A DNA stretch of 64,000 bases, from positions 64,001 to 128,000 of IMG/VR virus record IMGVR_UViG_3300047994_000087. One strand, given 5' to 3'. Every line of letters starts with the position of its first letter. Positions within the stretch are counted from its first letter, which is position 1. This DNA is from a virus. The position numbers and the translations under genes are program-made. The notes under the pieces were generated by a model. That model had not been told where the DNA came from. It saw only the letters and a program-made list of their open reading frames with translations, and did not search any database. Positions 1 to 10,796 of this stretch are shown one piece after another.

Positions 1-376
1 CTTGCACGCAGAAGCTTTCTGAAGCGCTCTATGTTGACGGCGTCTTCTTCCTGGTTGTAGCACTTACCAAACACATATCCGCCCATCTATTTAGCTCCTT
101 CTACTGAGTTCTTTATGGACTCCAGATAACGTAAGCGTTCGAAGATCTGATCTCGGATCTCTTCGTAGTCACGCTTGTTGATACGGCCTTTGTCATATTC
201 ATTGCTAAAGGAATTGAACATATTAAAGAGCCCTGCTTGATTGAGTGTGTTTCGCACATTCTCTTGAGCTATCAATAAATCAAATGCTGGTTCGATGATC
301 ATCTCTATAAAAACCTCGGTCATGTACTGGACCTTAATATTAGGACTGCCTGTCACTGCTCCGAGGAAACCGTAAA

Positions 377-814
377 ATGTTTGGACCACACTTATTAGTT
401 TGCGGTTATAGGGCTTCTAAAAGCGCACTTGCAGATCTTGAAATGATCTACAACCTTATTGATGGTCTTCCAAATCTTGTCGGCATGACTCCAATTACTC
501 AGTGCCAAGCTTTCCGCTATCAGGGAAAGGTCAAAGATGATTGGGGCATTACTGCAATGATCATGATTGCTGAGTCTCACATCTCTATCCATACTTTTCC
601 AGAGAAAGGGTTCTTTGCCTTTGACCTTTTCTCTTGCAGAGACTTCAACACCGATCTAGTCGTCGATACTTTAGCTAATGCGTTCAACCTTGTTAGTGTC
701 ATGGACATGAGCGTGCAAGTTATACATCGTGGGCGTGAGTTCGAGCGTGGAAACGTTGATCCGCCAGAAGTAGGCGGCCTACTTTATCGCCTGCATAATC
801 ACCCAAGTGAATGA
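377..814 (+). CDS. speD: S-adenosylmethionine decarboxylase proenzyme
   Basis: Motif GITAMIMIAE|SHISIHTFPEKGFFAFDLFSC contains the ESH self-cleavage site typical of bacterial/phage AdoMetDC. Confidence 0.93.
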   Translation: MFGPHLLVCGYRASKSALADLEMIYNLIDGLPNLVGMTPITQCQAFRYQGKVKDDWGITAMIMIAESHISIHTFPEKGFFAFDLFSCRDFNTDLVVDTLANAFNLVSVMDMSVQVIHRGREFERGNVDPPEVGGLLYRLHNHPSE

Positions 815-961
815 TTTTTCCTGGTCCCCTATGGTGGCACGCTAGGATCTAGTTATGGGCCTTGCAGGACCTCCTGGAGACCTCTGGTAAGGTCATATAT
901 AAGGATGAGAAAGACCGGAAACACCCAATTTATGGGCAATAATAAAGGAAACATTAAGAAC

Positions 962-991
962 TTGACCGTATAATAGCAGCGGTGCTATTAT
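962..991 (+). promoter_or_regulatory. sigma70-type promoter with dyad in spacer
   Basis: TTGACC-18 nt-TATTAT with extended -10 TG; perfect dyad TATAATAGCA-gcgg-TGCTATTATA (969-992). Confidence 0.75.
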
Positions 992-997
992 AGATAC

Positions 998-1760
998 ATG
1001 GAGAACGGGGACGGGACAAACGAGCCCCAAACCGCCCTCCAAGGACTCCTGGAGTCCACCCTGTGAGACGATGGTACCCCATGAAGGTGACCGGTTAAAA
1101 GCCAAGTTGTGCAGCGGGGGGAACAAGGTTCACCAGAAGTCCGAAGAGAAATTGAAGCCCTATCGGGGACCTCACTGACATCGCAACCGACGCTACAAAC
1201 GTGGCCATCGTGCCCATATATTAAACAAGCGAATCGGCTACTGGACTCTGAGGCATGACAGCTATGTGGCGCAATGCTAACAGCTACTTCAAGCGATTAG
1301 ACCAGTTTCTCTCACACTACTCAACTCAACAAGGAAGGTTCACCGGCAGGAGAAAACTGAAAAGAGGCGCCCGATATGCTAGGGCGGTACAAATCGAGCA
1401 GGGCACGTGCGGACCACTAACAAGGTCTCGACACAAGATCCCGTGAAGTCTCAGGACAATCTCTTTTCGCTAAAGCTCCAATAACTTATAATCGCAATCG
1501 CCTGGTTAGGTAGACACATGTCTTGCACCGCCACAACTTAACTAGGTAAACCCAAGTTCACCGGGGGTAGATTCCGGGCTCCTGTACGACATAAGACTCG
1601 TGTTGTGGTAATAAACTGATTCAACCCCGCACTTGGGTGCGAATGTGCACTATCGCCCGAATCGTTGAAGTGAGACCATCAGGGATGAAGGTCCGGGGAG
1701 CGAAACCCCAGCGGGCGACCAATTTATCCGGCTCAGTAATGGGCTGCCCATACTGGCTAG
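998..1760 (+). ncRNA. candidate large structured non-coding RNA or leader
   Basis: No convincing ORF behind a strong promoter; many hairpins, with G-U pairs that work on the + strand. Confidence 0.4.
1654..1721 (+). ncRNA. degenerate tRNA-like element ending in ACCA
   Basis: CGCCCG/CGGGCG acceptor-like stem plus ACCA; T-arm GGGG-AGCGAAA-CCCC; no canonical anticodon loop. Confidence 0.4.
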
Positions 1761-1776
1761 CAATAGACAACTAAAT

Positions 1777-2103
1777 TTGTCAACCTACGCTCCCCAAAAG
1801 GAGGGCTATCGCATGGAAACATCATTCTGCACTTCTGACTGCTGTCCGATTATCTCTAAGCCTATCCCGCCCATAATTGACCCTTATGGCTGGGATGCCC
1901 ACTGCTTTTACAAAGCAAACATGGAATCGCCTACTGAAGTTCTTCAATTCATTGGTCTTCGTCCTATCGATCAACCAATGATTGAGCCTGCTGTCAAAGA
2001 TCGTTACCTCGACATTCAATTACTCCGTCAGTGGCGCGACTTTGGCATCCTGAACAACCTCTACCCGTCAGACACTGCAAAACGTCTGTTCTCAGTTCGC
2101 TAA
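1777..2103 (+). CDS. hypothetical protein (probable start at ATG 1813)
   Basis: AAGGAGG Shine-Dalgarno precedes ATGGAAAC. Confidence 0.6.
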   Translation: MSTYAPQKEGYRMETSFCTSDCCPIISKPIPPIIDPYGWDAHCFYKANMESPTEVLQFIGLRPIDQPMIEPAVKDRYLDIQLLRQWRDFGILNNLYPSDTAKRLFSVR

Positions 2104-2208
2104 ATCCTCACACCGTGGGCACTTTTCAACCGGTGCCCATACTGAGGGGATTCACCTCTCTATCTCAATCTCTCAAATTTTAATTGCCTCCAAGGAGGAG
2201 CTACCGCT

Positions 2209-3282
2209 ATGCCAACAGAACTCAAACCACGTCAGGTGCTTGCCTGGATGAAATCCAAGGTCAAACAACTTACGCCTGATGGTTATACACGCCCTATGTA
2301 CGTTGCAGGCGCACCTGGGATTGGTAAGACAGCTATAGTTTATGCTCTTGCTGCCTTCCTGAACTGCCCAGTAATCACCTGGATAGCTGCAACTATGGAC
2401 CCTACTGACACTAAGTTCCCTGCCCTTGTCACCCTTCCTGACGGCACTGTTGAGCTTAAGTGGCTCACGCCCAAGGAACTCTCTCAGCCAGGACGGTTCA
2501 TACTGTTCTTGGATGAACTCCCTAACGCTGCACAGAGCGTTCTCAACAGCCTTCAGAACCTGGTGTGGACCCGCAAACTTGGTGAGTTCACTCTCTCTAA
2601 AGATTGCATCATCATTGCTGCTGGTAACCGCACCACTGACCGTGCTGGTGCTGGAAGACTGAATACAGCTATGGGCAGTCGTTTCTTGAAAGTCACCATG
2701 GTGGCTGATGTAGATGACCTCCGCGCTTGGGGTGCTCAACCAAAAAATCCTAATGATCCTAAAGGTCCATCACGTCTTCATCATATAGTTCTGGCTTTCC
2801 TCAAGTTCAGGCCTACATATCTCAACAGCTTTGATCCTAAGAAGGACTCGTTCTGCTGCCCCAGAACTCTGGAGTTCGTGAGTGATTGTATCTACGAGAA
2901 CGAAGCTAGAATCCAGGCTGGTGAAACCATCGACCGCGAGATCACAAGGGCGGATTATGAGAACGCTGGTGAAGACTTCGCTGCGGAATTCGTTCCATTC
3001 GAAAGCCTCTACACGACCGCCATTAGTCCTGACACCATACTCAGGAACCCAACGGGTGCACGCATCCCAGAAAGTCCTGACGCTAAGTGGGCAACCACTA
3101 CCGCGCTAGCATGGGCAGCTACGGCCAACAACCTTGACCTGGTACTGACCTACCTAGATCGTCTGGAAGTGGAATACTCCACCGCTGCTGTGACCGTCCT
3201 GGAGACAAGACACCCAGAACTGGCTAACAGCAAGGAGCTTACCGCCTGGAACGTCAAAATGGACCGGCTCGTAGCTGCTTAG
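2209..3282 (+). CDS. MoxR-like AAA+ ATPase
   Basis: Walker A GAPGIGKT, Walker B ILFLDE, sensor AAGN, AMGSRF; AAGGAGG RBS. Confidence 0.9.
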   Translation: MPTELKPRQVLAWMKSKVKQLTPDGYTRPMYVAGAPGIGKTAIVYALAAFLNCPVITWIAATMDPTDTKFPALVTLPDGTVELKWLTPKELSQPGRFILFLDELPNAAQSVLNSLQNLVWTRKLGEFTLSKDCIIIAAGNRTTDRAGAGRLNTAMGSRFLKVTMVADVDDLRAWGAQPKNPNDPKGPSRLHHIVLAFLKFRPTYLNSFDPKKDSFCCPRTLEFVSDCIYENEARIQAGETIDREITRADYENAGEDFAAEFVPFESLYTTAISPDTILRNPTGARIPESPDAKWATTTALAWAATANNLDLVLTYLDRLEVEYSTAAVTVLETRHPELANSKELTAWNVKMDRLVAA

Positions 3283-3373
3283 TTTTTCCCAAGGAGAGAA
3301 GAGACAGGAACCGTGGGTGGTGAGAGCCGCCTACTTCCTGGGTCTCTCAAAAACTAAAGACCATATTACGGAT

Positions 3374-3403
3374 TTGACTCTATAATCGCGCCACTGCTAT
3401 TAT
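3374..3403 (+). promoter_or_regulatory. sigma70-type promoter, same family as 962
   Basis: TTGACT-18 nt (ctataatcgcgccactgc)-TATTAT. Confidence 0.7.
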
Positions 3404-3498
3404 AAATACATGAGGCGCAGGCCACGAGTACCTAAAACAAACGCTCTGCCCGCCACCACAATCTACTCTCACTACTGACCAAACGAGGACCTGACCCC

Positions 3499-4431
3499 AT
3501 GACCAACGGAACTATTGATAGAACTGAAGCTGTACCCCTCCATAAGCGGGCCATGCTGCTCTCCCTGAGCTTCAGCAAATGGAGTGCTAGAAAGCACGAC
3601 AAACAAGTAAGCCAGGAAGTGGCCAATACCCATGGCTTGTCTGACGTTAACTTGGGTGCTTACCGTAAGCAACTAATTGCCAAGGAAGCTTTGGATGAAA
3701 TCAACGCTCTGGACTCACAAGCCAGAACTGTGTGGATCAAATACACCAGTGCTGGTCGTAAGGAAGGAGAGCGCATTCTCTCCAATATGTTCTACACCCC
3801 CTGCACAACAGAACTTCGTACTATCCAAGCCGAACGTGAAATTGCTGTGCAAAAGTTCAAGTCTAACTTCATACAGTTCAAGGAGGATCAAAAGAAAAAA
3901 CTCAATGGCCTGTTCCGTGAGGAAGATTATCCTACCCTCCAGGAACTCGACGATAAGTTTGATATGTTAATTGACATTCAACCTATGCCTGATGCAGCTG
4001 AATTCGTAGTAGCTGGCATCGTAGACGAGGAAGTCAAACGCATTGAGGCTGCCCGTGCGGAGCAAAGTAAGAAAATGGTTGCTGACGCTATGCGCGAGAC
4101 CTGCACCCGTCTTCTGGAAACAATCACTGGCACAGAGAAAAAACCAGGGCTAATCCAGAAGCTGGCAAAGTTCGAAAAGTTAGGGTCTAGTGTTAAGCAC
4201 CCGTTCAGAGATACAGCCATATCCAATATAAAAGACATGTTGGACCTGCTTCCTGGCTTGAACTTGACCAACGACCCGAAGATCAACGATATCGCTGATC
4301 GTATCCGCAAGGAGCTTGTATCCCTGTCTTGTGAGGACCTTCGTAACGACGATACCCTCAGAGAGACGGCCATCAATAAGGCGGATGCCCTGGCTGATGA
4401 AATCACCGCCCACATGTCCAACTTCATTTAA
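3499..4431 (+). CDS. DUF3150-like phage protein
   Basis: AMLLSLSFSKWSARKHD, DYPT..ELDDKF and LPGLNLTNDP motifs; recognised as a frequent neighbour of AAA/vWA phage loci. Confidence 0.6.
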   Translation: MTNGTIDRTEAVPLHKRAMLLSLSFSKWSARKHDKQVSQEVANTHGLSDVNLGAYRKQLIAKEALDEINALDSQARTVWIKYTSAGRKEGERILSNMFYTPCTTELRTIQAEREIAVQKFKSNFIQFKEDQKKKLNGLFREEDYPTLQELDDKFDMLIDIQPMPDAAEFVVAGIVDEEVKRIEAARAEQSKKMVADAMRETCTRLLETITGTEKKPGLIQKLAKFEKLGSSVKHPFRDTAISNIKDMLDLLPGLNLTNDPKINDIADRIRKELVSLSCEDLRNDDTLRETAINKADALADEITAHMSNFI

Positions 4432-4506
4432 TCCTCGCTCGCAGGGCTGGGTAACTCCAGCCTTGACTGAGGGGATTGACCATCTTCTCATCTCTCAACA
4501 TTCACC

Positions 4507-4536
4507 TTGACCCCTTAATAGCAGTAGTGCTATTAT
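4507..4536 (+). promoter_or_regulatory. sigma70-type promoter, same family as 962
   Basis: TTGACC-18 nt (ccttaatagcagtagtgc)-TATTAT. Confidence 0.72.
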
Positions 4537-4554
4537 CAAGGTATCTTCTAGGAG

Positions 4555-5877
4555 GTGCCAATGAGCATCGACACCAAAGAACTAGTATCAGCCACCAGGA
4601 TTAGACTTCTTTCAAAGCATCCATGGTTCGGACAACTCTCTATGAACCTCAACATCGTTGAGAATTCCGACATTGAAAACTTCAACACTGACGGCACTGA
4701 CCTGGAAATCAATCCTGAACACTTCGCCAAACTGCCCCGCCTTGAGCGTGAAGGCTGTATGGCCGTCAAAGTTTTCCAATGTGGCATGGGACACCCTTAT
4801 AGACAAGGTGGCCGCGATGCTGAAAAGTGGAATGAAGCCTCCAGACAAGTGGCGCATGCCCACATATCTAAGGCCGGTCTTACGCTTCCTGCCAGCTGCA
4901 AAGTTGATCCTAAGTACTTGGAGATGTCTGTAGAGCAGGCTTACTCCTATAACGAAGCTCAAGCCCGTAAACAACAGCAACAGAATCAAGGTGGACAGCA
5001 GGGGCAGCAGCCCCAACAGGGTGGCCAACCCCAGCAAGGTCAAAACGGACAACAAGGGAACCAACCAGGCAAGCCTGGAAGTCAGCAATCTGGACAAGGC
5101 CAGGGCAACCCAACACAAGGCAAAGGAGCCTCTGCTCCTGCCACTGGCACCATATCTAAACCCAAGCCAGCTACCCCCAAGAAAGATAATAAGGGTCAGA
5201 AAGAGGAAGGCCAAGCGCCTGCTAAGCGTATGTCTGAAACTGACTGGGCTGATGCTCGTGAACAGGCCACCAACATGTCTAAGAAAGCGGGTTTCGGATC
5301 TGCCAGCATTGAAATGGCCGTCAAAAATGAGCGCGTAGCTACCAACAACTGGAAGGAAGAAACCCGTGAGTTCGTTGTTCAGACTGTGGTGTCTGACGTG
5401 AGCTGGGCTAAGCAAAGTCGCCGTGGCCGTGCTCAAGGACTGATTCTACCTGGACCAGTCAAAGAGAATATCGGACCTATCGTAGTTGTGTTTGATACCA
5501 GCGGTAGTGTCTACTCCGATGTCAGAACGGTGGAAGACTTCAGTGCTGTAGTCACAACAATCGCTCGTGAAGTCCGCCCGGAGAAGCTCATAGTTATCTA
5601 CTGCGACACTAAGGTGACTGCGGTCGACGAGTATGACACCTACGACATGGAAGACATCAAGGTCAGACCACTGGGCAACGGTGGCACCGCTTTCCAGCCT
5701 GCCTTCGATTACATCGAGCAAATGGACGCCCAGCCCAATGTTATCCTCTACTTGACCGACTTGATAGGAGCAGCCCCAATTGAGCCGGAAGTGCCAGTCC
5801 TCTGGGTAACCCCTGCTTGGGTAAAGACACAAGCTTGGTTCGGACGGACCATAAACATTGACAGACACGCATCATAG
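4555..5877 (+). CDS. DUF2201-type protein: metallopeptidase-like N domain, Q/G linker, vWA domain
   Basis: HPWFGQL..TDG N domain; MIDAS DTSGS, GGTAFQPAF and YLTD in the C domain; partner of the MoxR ATPase. Confidence 0.85.
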   Translation: MPMSIDTKELVSATRIRLLSKHPWFGQLSMNLNIVENSDIENFNTDGTDLEINPEHFAKLPRLEREGCMAVKVFQCGMGHPYRQGGRDAEKWNEASRQVAHAHISKAGLTLPASCKVDPKYLEMSVEQAYSYNEAQARKQQQQNQGGQQGQQPQQGGQPQQGQNGQQGNQPGKPGSQQSGQGQGNPTQGKGASAPATGTISKPKPATPKKDNKGQKEEGQAPAKRMSETDWADAREQATNMSKKAGFGSASIEMAVKNERVATNNWKEETREFVVQTVVSDVSWAKQSRRGRAQGLILPGPVKENIGPIVVVFDTSGSVYSDVRTVEDFSAVVTTIAREVRPEKLIVIYCDTKVTAVDEYDTYDMEDIKVRPLGNGGTAFQPAFDYIEQMDAQPNVILYLTDLIGAAPIEPEVPVLWVTPAWVKTQAWFGRTINIDRHAS

Positions 5878-8238
5878 GTGTGCAATCAGGAATTCACCCG
5901 TAAGTATGCAGACGCCATTTTGGAGAAGGCAAGTGAACAAGCCAACCAAGAAACTGACACCAAAGGAATACATGCAAGTAGTCAAGGCCATGGGTCTACA
6001 GGACCCTGTTGGCTTGTATAATGCTTATGATGACGCCTACGCCAAGGAGAATCTGGAGTGGTTCGACAGCCTTATGCTTGACGCGCCGACCGGAGAAGAA
6101 ATGGAACTGATGTTTTTGAGAACCGCATCGTGAAAGAGAAGGATCAAAAACAGTTAGCCATCTGGTTCGATAAACTAATGCTCTCCCTCAATGGGGCAGT
6201 AACATATGGCAGCACAATACTGAATACCAAATACGGTCCACTAGATGTTCGATTCAACGTATACTCAGATGGAGGAGTCAGTGCAGGTGTGAAGTTCACT
6301 AAAGCCACAGTAACTGCTACGTCCTGGCAAACCTCCCCTGCATCAATCAACAACATTCCAGTCACCGGCTCCGGTGGCATGTTTACTAATGGCTGTGATT
6401 GGGTCTTGTATCTCAATCCTACGGTCAAACTGAAAGAAGCCAAACAACGCATTACCTTAATGTTTGAGCCAGAAGGCCTGGGGGTTGTCCCTAAAAGCCA
6501 GAAGAAAGCCAAGGCTATCTCCAGGAAGAGGGCTTTTATAGAGATGGTCGGAGACGAGACTAAGGCCATGCAATTTGCGGCACAGCTAGTTGCATGGCCT
6601 GGGGGGCAAATCGATCATACCTAATAAATACGTGAGAGAAGTGATTGCAGGAAACAAGCCGACTGAGAAGTATTGGGCCTGGGTAGCACAAGAATGGTGG
6701 ATGAAGGAGCAAGGAATATGACCAACTACGACAACTTACTGCCAGAGCAGTTGTATTACTCTGGATACCACACCATGCGGAAAGAAGATGGCATCTTTCT
6801 CTACGACGATAAGCAGCTTGTTGTGCACGTGTTCTACAACGACCACGAGTTGAAAATGTGGTCAGAGGGCTTTGAATTTGCCGGACACTTTCTGGACAAG
6901 GTAATAAGATGAGTAAAACAACCACTAGCTACAACGTTGACTATGTCTATTCAGAGCGGGGAATAAATGTAGGAGACAACATGCCCTGCGAATCTCTACA
7001 GGCCGTGTGTGCTTTCCTTCGAAGCTTTGACAAAGGCTATTTGAGTAGCTACAAAGTCACTCGCTATGACACTTCGGACGAAACCAGCATCGTCAAAGAG
7101 GTAATGCGCCATTGGGAAAGTGCCAATGACTAACCTGACTGACAGTCAGTTCAGAGTGAAGCTCAAACAGTTAGAGCCTGAAGAGGGTCTCAAACTTGAG
7201 AACGAAGACGGATCTATCTTCTGGATCAGGAGATGGAAGGATGGTATGGCCTCCTGGCGGCCAGGCAATGCACCTTATTATGAAATTCGACTAGAGCGGA
7301 CTAACGGCACCTTCAGCAGTGCATACGCTGGGCCAGTTAAGACCATGGTGAAGCTTCTTAAAGAATGGCCGAATGCCAATGTCTCGGGAGGATTGGCAAT
7401 GAGCATCAAAGAGCCGATAACTGTCAGAGTAATCCAAGGGGTGTCTGGTTCGACAAAGGACAGACATTTCACGTTTGTACTAGATAAATTGACTAAAACT
7501 CAAATTGTTCTGACCAACCCAAATGGCGTGGCTTCTTACAAATACCGTTTTCGTTTCAACGGCTATGAAATAGGTGGCGACACATACCACCCAAAACGTA
7601 TTCACCCTGATGACCTAAAGATGCTGGAAGAGATGAGGACAAAGAAATGACCGATAGCTCCAGGTGGAGGCCAAGTAAATGGGCTAGGAAAAGCATACGA
7701 GAGTGGTTCAAAGATTTGAAACAACACCCAGAGCTTGAAGAGCGACATCCAGTCTTTCACAAAAGTATGGTGCGTGGTGCAGAAATGATGATCAGAGCGG
7801 GCAACAATGCCCCTATCGGTTATAGGGATTACTTGCTGGAGCAAAAGAAAAGGACAAGCAAATGAGTAAGAAAAACAATGAATATGACGCCTTCAGAGAT
7901 CCTCCAACGGCCTACAAGAAGGAAGACCGGCATCCAGTGCATCCAGTGCAACCAGTAGTGGTTGACGCACATGGCGTGCATCGCTTCAAGAAGAACCCGA
8001 TAGTGGACTATCTGCTAGAGTTCTACTCTGAGAAAACTGACGATGGCAAGTCCGGTGGTGGCCTCAATCTTCTGCGTGAGGAGAGTGAAAACCGGGGATT
8101 CAAAGGCGCCGATTGGGAGCAGTTCGCTCAACTCATTGGGTACTCGGTAAGCGGATCATCAGATCTGAGCTACATGTCAGACAAAACATGGGCGAAGGCT
8201 AGCAAAAGAAGTAGGAAGCTAAGGAAGGAGAAAAGCGA

Positions 8239-8448
8239 ATGAAAATAACCAAAGAAATAAAGACTGGAGATAGCTATCTTACGGCAAAAGAAATGCGTGA
8301 TAGATTACGTATATCTCCTTCTACCCAGTGCCGTTTACGCAATAGTGGAACTGGGCCTCCCTTTGTCAGGGTGACGGCTGGTACTTTCCTTTACCCGGAA
8401 AGTATGTTTAATGACTGGATACGAAACAAGACTATATCGGAGACGTAG
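8239..8448 (+). CDS. AlpA/excisionase-like HTH DNA-binding protein
   Basis: YLTAKEMRDRLRISPST..R..GTGPPFVR..LYP....WI pattern. Confidence 0.75.
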   Translation: MKITKEIKTGDSYLTAKEMRDRLRISPSTQCRLRNSGTGPPFVRVTAGTFLYPESMFNDWIRNKTISET

Positions 8449-8713
8449 CCATGACTATTGAAATAACCAAAGAAATAAAGCTGGTCACAAAGAGCCACAC
8501 TATGACTCTTCGAGCATCACAAACTGGATTCAATGGGACCTTGCTTAGAAGAGCCATGGACCAAAGAGATAATGATGAGTCCATGTCTTTCTCCCTGACC
8601 TTTGAAGAGGCGAGAGAATTGATCACGGCCATGAATGCAGAGATTCCCCTAAAGCAGCCGCCACAAAGCACTAGGAGCCATGACACACCGCCGCCTTACG
8701 ACAACATGGAAGG

Positions 8714-9124
8714 GTGTGGACGATGAATAAATATCAGGCTTACATCAATAACATCAAGCTAGAGGACAAACGCAGCAAGTGTGCAGAACGAACTCTAGAG
8801 ATGCAAGCAGCCTTCCCTGAGTTAACTCGTGTAAGAGGAAACGTTTTTCTTATGCCTTCCGGTCTGGAACGTCACCATTGGTGGTTGAAGACTCCTTCTG
8901 GTGAGATAATCGATCCTACTGTGGACCAGTTCTCAGACATGAACTACATCTATTGTGGCCAGTCCATAATGAGCTATGTGGAACTTGACGAGACTAAACC
9001 AGAGCCGGTGGGCAAGTGCATGAATTGCGGAAAGTACTCGTACCTAGACACTAACTATTGCAGCAACGCTTGCCTTCAAGAGTTAGCTGAGTACTACAAT
9101 TGGGATAGGGTAAAGAGGGCATGA
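8714..9124 (+). CDS. transglutaminase/papain-fold protein with C-terminal Zn-finger-like Cys cluster
   Basis: C..., HWW and IIDPTVDQF (Cys-His-Asp pattern); CMNC...YCSNAC tail. Confidence 0.5.
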   Translation: MWTMNKYQAYINNIKLEDKRSKCAERTLEMQAAFPELTRVRGNVFLMPSGLERHHWWLKTPSGEIIDPTVDQFSDMNYIYCGQSIMSYVELDETKPEPVGKCMNCGKYSYLDTNYCSNACLQELAEYYNWDRVKRA

Positions 9125-10043
9125 AAGGTCGATACAAGGAAGGACTCTATTTGCTCCATGGCGAACAAGTATCAGTCTACAAAACTGACTGGGGTTGGCT
9201 TTGGGTCAATTATGATGGCACTTTAGAAAATGGACGACCAAGAGCAACTCCCACTAAGCTCGATAGACATTGGTGGTTTCAAATGGAGTCAATACAATGA
9301 GAGAGTTCCACACTAAACGAGTGATAGGTTGTTGCTGCTGGAAGTGTGTTCGACGTGGCAGTAGCACTGTCAAGCAATATTATAAGAAGCTCAAGTCTGG
9401 AAACGTTAGACGCATGTTCAAGGACTTTGTCAAGAAAGAACAGAAGGACTATGGACCTTAACAGGCTCGTGTGGTTAACTAAACATCTAAGAACTTAGAG
9501 GAATGAATTCAGATGCCCCCATTAACCAAGCCCCGTTCAAACACTCGCTGGGTAGGTCTTACTAAACATCAATTAGCTGTTGCTATACGAGCTGGCGGCA
9601 GGGAAAGAGAATCCAGGATCACGCTCAAACCCAAGTGCGCTATATGTAGTAAAGCTATCAAACCCGGGACAAAGTACTATGATGCTGATAAACAGAAATA
9701 TGCGCACAAGTTCTGCATTGATGAAGAAGTAGCTCAGAAAGTAACCACCCTTCCGCCTGCTGAAGCTAAGGGCACTCGCGTTGTCACTCATAAGATGAAA
9801 GAACAGGTAGAGCAAGAGAAGGCTGCATTAGCTGCCAAAACTACGGTTAAGATGAGCAAGAAAAGAACACCAAGGGTTGCAGAGTCCAAACTAACCTACA
9901 AGGAAGCTGAGGAAGTAGCAGCACCCGTCTCTCAGCCCATCCTGAAGGTTTCTGAAGCCCTTCCTGGGGCAGTTGTCACCCTAACAATTACAGGCGCCGT
10001 AGAGGCTGTCCAGAGGGCTCTGGATAAGCTCCAGAACTGATCT

Positions 10044-10337
10044 TTAAGTAATCTTCCGCCAACCATTAGCTTGAATAGCAAGAAAAGCTAAAGCGGCCTT
10101 TAGCTGGAACTCGTCTTTATCAGTTCCTGCCAACGTACCATCATATGCATCTTGAACTACTTTAGAGGCGTTCGCTATAGCTTCAGCTCTGCCTTTGCGT
10201 AATGCAATCTTGATCTTAGGGTCGAGCCTCATCTCAGCACGGAACTCGTCCTCAGAATAATCCAGGATAGCGCAAATCTCTTCTATGTCCATTCGCTGTT
10301 TAGAATATGTCTGAACTTGCTGATAATCGACGATCAT
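10044..10337 (-). CDS. HTH protein, terminase small-subunit-like
   Basis: EEICAILDYSEDEF HTH, then DPKIKIALRKGRAEA and AALAFLA...W pattern. Confidence 0.4.
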   Translation of the reverse strand: MIVDYQQVQTYSKQRMDIEEICAILDYSEDEFRAEMRLDPKIKIALRKGRAEAIANASKVVQDAYDGTLAGTDKDEFQLKAALAFLAIQANGWRKIT

Positions 10338-10534
10338 TTATCGGCTTTCTTACGTCCAGCAGCTGCTTTGGCATCAAACTTAGCTTTACCTAGTTTTTTT
10401 CTGCCTGCTATGGCGGCAACTGCATCAGCTTCTTTCTCTGGCTCGCCCTTGCGCTCCAGGTCTCCCACAAGCTTCTTGAACTTGGACTCTTCCAATTCAG
10501 CTGCGGCCAGAATGTCTCCACTTCTACTCATCAC
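10334..10534 (-). CDS. small basic protein with MSR-type leader (candidate internal head protein)
   Basis: MSRSGDILAAAE leader; K/A-rich AGRKK repeats. Confidence 0.6.
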   Translation of the reverse strand: MMSRSGDILAAAELEESKFKKLVGDLERKGEPEKEADAVAAIAGRKKLGKAKFDAKAAAGRKKADK

Positions 10535-10796
10535 GCGATTCCTTACTGAGGTATTTGACTGAAGTCATTCTTTGACTCTACCGCAAACTCTTGACCGGCC
10601 AGAATAATAGTGTTCAAATCGGCGTTCGTAAGAGGGTCTCCCATCTCAAAGTTCCAAGCATTTAGTAGCTTCAGGTAATGTTCAGTGGTCAGTTTATTGA
10701 GCACGGGTTCGAGCGTGGCGAATATGGCCTCATACCTGGCAAGCTTCTCTTTGTACTGAGTTGCCTGCTCTAGGGCTGCAATCATCATGTCCTCCA

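Noticed and set aside
3401-3408. T4 late promoter TATAAATA
   Set aside because: I noticed only this one occurrence, and it overlaps the -10 box of a sigma70-type promoter.
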